The position numbers and the translations under genes are program-made. The notes under the pieces were generated by a model, which had not been told where the DNA came from, did not search any database, and saw only the letters and a list, made by a program, of their open reading frames with translations. This document shows positions 61,801-64,000 of a DNA stretch of 64,000 nucleotides, piece by piece. Numbering within the stretch: position 1 is the stretch's first letter; each line of letters begins with the position of its first letter. The stretch is from Eledone cirrhosa. Taxonomy: Eukaryota. The stretch is taken from assembly GCA_964016885.1 (NCBI GenBank), contig OZ024763.1, forward strand, positions 3,596,001 to 3,660,000. Reading direction: 5' to 3'.

Positions 61801-63592
61801 CCGGTTTAAATGCTAAAGGGTTAAGGTATTGTTCTCAAAATAAATATCAAAATCTCATAGATTAGATATTATGAGATAATTATGTAAGATAAAGCCGTTA
61901 CTGTAAAATACAATAATATATATAGAATAATTGTTTCTACTTTTGGCACAAGGCCAGCAATTAAACCAGTACGTTACTGGTACTTTATTTTATCGATCTT
62001 AGTAATGAAATAATTAATAATTTTAGTAAATCCTTTAAAAGTCTTCATTAATTACCGTATTTCCCGGCGTTGAAGATGCTTCGTCCTCGAGGGGACACCC
62101 TAATTTTGAAAACCCCCAATTTTTAAAAAAAATAATAAACAACCTTTGGCCTCCAGGATGCATGGTAGATTTTTCTAGACTTATTTTAGGGGAAAAGTAG
62201 CATCTTCAACGCTGGGAAATACGGTAATTAAAATAGAGGACATTTCAATAGAAATGTGGTCTTGAAGGGCGGTGCCCCAGCATGGCCTCAGCCGGATGGC
62301 TGGAACAGGTAAGAGTAAAAGTGTATGAAAGGGTTAATCAAATGAAATAAGTGTATTTCGTTAGTCGGGGAAAGTGTTAATGAAGAAGAAAAAAATTAAT
62401 GAACCAAATTTCTGTGATTAAATATTGTTTTATTTTTTAGTGTTTGCCGTTGACTCACCAAGAGGAACTCACAAATCTTGTCCTGAGTCGTTTGTCCGAC
62501 AAAACTGCTATTGTTCGGCGTTACGCCATCCAGTTATTGACCGTCTTGCTACAAATGAATCCATTTGCGTATAAGGTTGGTTGGCTTTTATTTTAGTGTG
62601 TGTTGGTCAACAAACCACATTATTATAGACACACACATACACAATCAGACTTAAACACACACACACACACACATAATTATAACCAGTTCACGTCAATCTT
62701 CCACGCTAGCATGGGTTGGATACGTTTGTCACACTATGAGACTAACCAGGTTTTATATTTTCTCCCTATATTCTATAACTTTGACAGGTTTTGGCCATTT
62801 TGGCCCAGGCCATGTCTAACTTAATTGTATATAATACTAGCAGAATGGCCTGGTGTTGCTCGGGATTTGCTCTAGGGTTCTTATATATTTGATATATATT
62901 TATCCTTATCGAGCCTCGTGAAATAAATACATTTGTTTATATTTTGTTATTGTGTATGCAAAAATATCTGTACACGAATATATAATTATATATATATATA
63001 ATAAATATATATTAAAATAACAGATTAAAGTTTAAGCAAAGAATCGCTGCTTTCACCCTTAACGGGATCTTCTGAAACTAAAAAAATCAATCTGTGAACG
63101 CAGATTTCGAAAAACGTTACACACTATATATATACATATATACACAGACACACACACACACACGCGCACACACAGAACAACGTCATAATGTCGTAATGCA
63201 GACAGCCAGACATACAGACAGATATTATAAGGGCGCAACGTTATATCTATGTATCGATCTAAAAAGAAAGACTAGGAATTATAGAGAGAGATCGCTAAAT
63301 CGCCTAATGAAAATTCGAAATATTTTTTGCTCAAAACACTCACATGACCATAAGTATTACATGTGTAAAGTTAGAAAACAATCGGTTGGGTGGTTCTCGA
63401 GTTTTAGGGAGTCAGACAGACATTCTCTGTTTTAGATATATAGATTTCCACCCTATATTCCACATATTTCCACCCTATATCCTATAATATAATATTTCCA
63501 CTTGTAGCTACAATACGAGGAGCTGAATGAAAATTATGAACAAGAAAAAGAGAAACTTAATAAGATGTTGGAAGAAAATAAAGCCATAGCAG
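45434..63592 (+). CDS. NCAPD2: Condensin complex subunit 1 (CAP-D2), 5' part; coding exons 45434-45554, 47132-47207, 47950-48008, 49690-49853, 52481-52626, 53469-53590, 54157-54280, 56049-56196, 59907-60029, 60903-60977, 62441-62575, 63508-63592; continues beyond the right edge
   Basis: Spliced protein [10 protein letters not shown]...[10 protein letters not shown]...[17 protein letters not shown]...[10 protein letters not shown]...MRNCIL...[13 protein letters not shown]...RLSDK...AIQLL...NPF is collinear with the recalled CAP-D2/Cnd1 N-terminal HEAT region; all junctions GT-AG and phase-consistent. Confidence 0.93.
46545..47012. mobile_element. RTE-like LINE 3' fragment with inverted 5' segment
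   Basis: Minus [14 protein letters not shown]...[10 protein letters not shown] joined to plus LRFAGHCWR...GRPKKTY, (GAT)n tail. Confidence 0.8.
47132..47207 (+). CDS. NCAPD2: NCAPD2 coding exon 2
   Basis: [24 protein letters not shown]; tag/gtgag. Confidence 0.88.
47950..48008 (+). CDS. NCAPD2: NCAPD2 coding exon 3
   Basis: [19 protein letters not shown]; cag/gtaag. Confidence 0.82.
48360..49545 (+). mobile_element. Degenerate RTE LINE fragment with an internal 139-bp tandem array (~5 copies, 48551-49290)
   Basis: [14 protein letters not shown] motif; repeat starts at 48551, 48690, 48829... Confidence 0.75.
49690..49853 (+). CDS. NCAPD2: NCAPD2 coding exon 4
   Basis: [11 protein letters not shown] motif; tag/gtagg. 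Confidence 0.9.
50715..51112 (+). mobile_element. Penelope-like element reverse transcriptase fragment
   Basis: [25 protein letters not shown] and YSRYVDDI motifs; ends in a TA tract. Confidence 0.8.
51671..52419 (+). mobile_element. Mariner remnant with a nested hAT MITE
   Basis: TIRs gagggtgcttcaaaaagtttgtggaaaaa; mariner C-terminus remnant FYTDGL...[13 protein letters not shown]. Confidence 0.75.
51930..52269. mobile_element. hAT-type MITE
   Basis: TIR caggggttctcaacct and 8-bp TSD GTTTAAAT on both sides. Confidence 0.85.
52481..52626 (+). CDS. NCAPD2: NCAPD2 coding exon 5
   Basis: IDWCFEK...[12 protein letters not shown]; tag/gttagt. Confidence 0.9.
53469..53590 (+). CDS. NCAPD2: NCAPD2 coding exon 6
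   Basis: TCYNLIQNP...ILGVLTKY; cag/gtatgt. Confidence 0.9.
54157..54280 (+). CDS. NCAPD2: NCAPD2 coding exon 7
   Basis: [11 protein letters not shown]; cag/gttggt. Confidence 0.9.
54362..54752 (-). mobile_element. RTE-clade LINE 3' end, same family as 21002-21537
   Basis: Reverse-complement similarity to ~21138-21537. Confidence 0.8.
56049..56196 (+). CDS. NCAPD2: NCAPD2 coding exon 8
   Basis: ELGRLD...[12 protein letters not shown]; tag/gtaagt. Confidence 0.9.
56264..57545 (+). mobile_element. Same TTAA MITE with ~19 internal 60-bp repeats
   Basis: Termini intact; near-identical units. Confidence 0.8.
57640..58445. repeat. Compound TA/TG/CA microsatellite field (similar fields at 1185-1550, 3360-4120, 11185-11310)
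   Basis: Direct reading. Confidence 0.95.
59085..59734 (+). mobile_element. Non-autonomous Helitron with internal GA/TA minisatellite
   Basis: 5' TC after A; 3' imperfect hairpin CCGTGGA-TTTT-TTCACAGG then CTAG followed by T. Confidence 0.6.
59907..60029 (+). CDS. NCAPD2: NCAPD2 coding exon 9
   Basis: [16 protein letters not shown]; cag/gtaagt. Confidence 0.9.
60110..60680 (+). repeat. 96-bp tandem repeat derived from RTE ORF sequence
   Basis: Period 96 (60121, 60217, 60313...); unit encodes an [10 protein letters not shown]-like RTE motif. Confidence 0.85.
60903..60977 (+). CDS. NCAPD2: NCAPD2 coding exon 10
   Basis: [18 protein letters not shown]; tag/gtgagt. Confidence 0.92.
61033..61930. 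mobile_element. Expanded TTAA MITE (61082-61824, ~11 units) nested in an oppositely oriented copy of the same family
   Basis: The outer copy is split at its internal TTAA, which is duplicated at 61082-61085 and 61821-61824. Confidence 0.75.
62055..62224. mobile_element. Tc1/mariner(pogo)-type MITE
   Basis: ~25-bp TIR ccgtatttcccggcgttgaagatgc, TA flanks. Confidence 0.75.
62441..62575 (+). CDS. NCAPD2: NCAPD2 coding exon 11
   Basis: CLPL...[17 protein letters not shown]...NPF; tag/gttggt. Confidence 0.92.
62837..63444 (-). mobile_element. Non-autonomous Helitron
   Basis: Minus-strand 5' TCTATATAT start; subterminal GC hairpin and CTAG end, inserted at A|T. Confidence 0.6.
63508..63592 (+). 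CDS. NCAPD2: NCAPD2 coding exon 12
   Basis: [20 protein letters not shown]; tag/gtgggt. Confidence 0.85.
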
Positions 63593-63614
63593 GTGGGTTG
63601 TGGATTTGGTTTAG

Positions 63615-63900
63615 CCATCATCACTACCGTCATCGTCACTATCATCATTATCATTGCCATCATCATCAGCATCACCTTCATCATTATCACCATTATCATT
63701 GTCATCATCGTCTTCGTCATCACTTTCATCATCATCATCGCCATCATCAATATCATTGTCATCATCACCATCATCATCATCATCATCATCATGATTGTCA
63801 TCACCATCATTATCACCACCACCACCACCATAATCATTGTCATCATCATTATCATCATCACCACCATCATAATCATTACCATCATCATCAGCATTATCAT
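63615..63900. repeat. Degenerate (CAT)n microsatellite (tail of an RTE/SINE-type element)
   Basis: Direct reading; adjoins a cgtttaac...ctagcatg tail motif. Confidence 0.9.
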
Positions 63901-64000
63901 CGTTTAACATCTGTCTCCCCTACTAGCATGAGTTGGACATGTCTTCACAGACATGGTCAGTACTGAAGTGAAGCTATGACCCCCTTAAGTGGGCTGGGCT

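Noticed and set aside
45555-63507. Intronic scaRNA (vertebrate NCAPD2 hosts SCARNA10/U85)
   Set aside because: No convincing box C/D plus H/ACA arrangement or U5 antisense element seen by eye; an Infernal search is needed
63565-63966. His-rich and Asp-rich ORFs
   Set aside because: Degenerate (CAT)n microsatellite inside an NCAPD2 intron

Overview
AT-rich, microsatellite- and transposon-dense animal genomic DNA; the repeat landscape suggests a coleoid cephalopod (octopod-like), which is inference only. Three spliced genes were reconstructed by hand, with phase-consistent GT-AG junctions. (1) The 5' part of FHAD1 (minus, 6 coding exons, 8461->486, continuing off the left edge). (2) A complete POM121-like transmembrane FG-nucleoporin (minus, 13 exons, 43202->18223, ~1611 aa). 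(3) The 5' part of NCAPD2/CAP-D2 (plus, 12 coding exons, 45434->63592, continuing off the right edge), head-to-head with POM121 across a short CCAAT/CHR/E2F-type promoter. Introns and intergenic DNA hold two tRNA-derived SINE families, RTE/CR1/Penelope-like retroelement pieces, mariner/hAT/piggyBac-type MITEs, Helitron pieces and many minisatellites. Most long ORFs in the supplied track are microsatellite artefacts. Highlights: a POM121 homologue in an apparent invertebrate; a Ty3/Gypsy Gag-like ORF in POM121 intron 8 bounded by in-frame splice sites (possible Gag-POM121 exon or LTR-driven TM-less isoform); a family of minimal type-I hammerhead ribozymes in (TA)n-targeted Penelope-like elements; and a TTAA MITE that seeds expanding 60-bp arrays. 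Family assignments rest on recalled motifs, not database searches.
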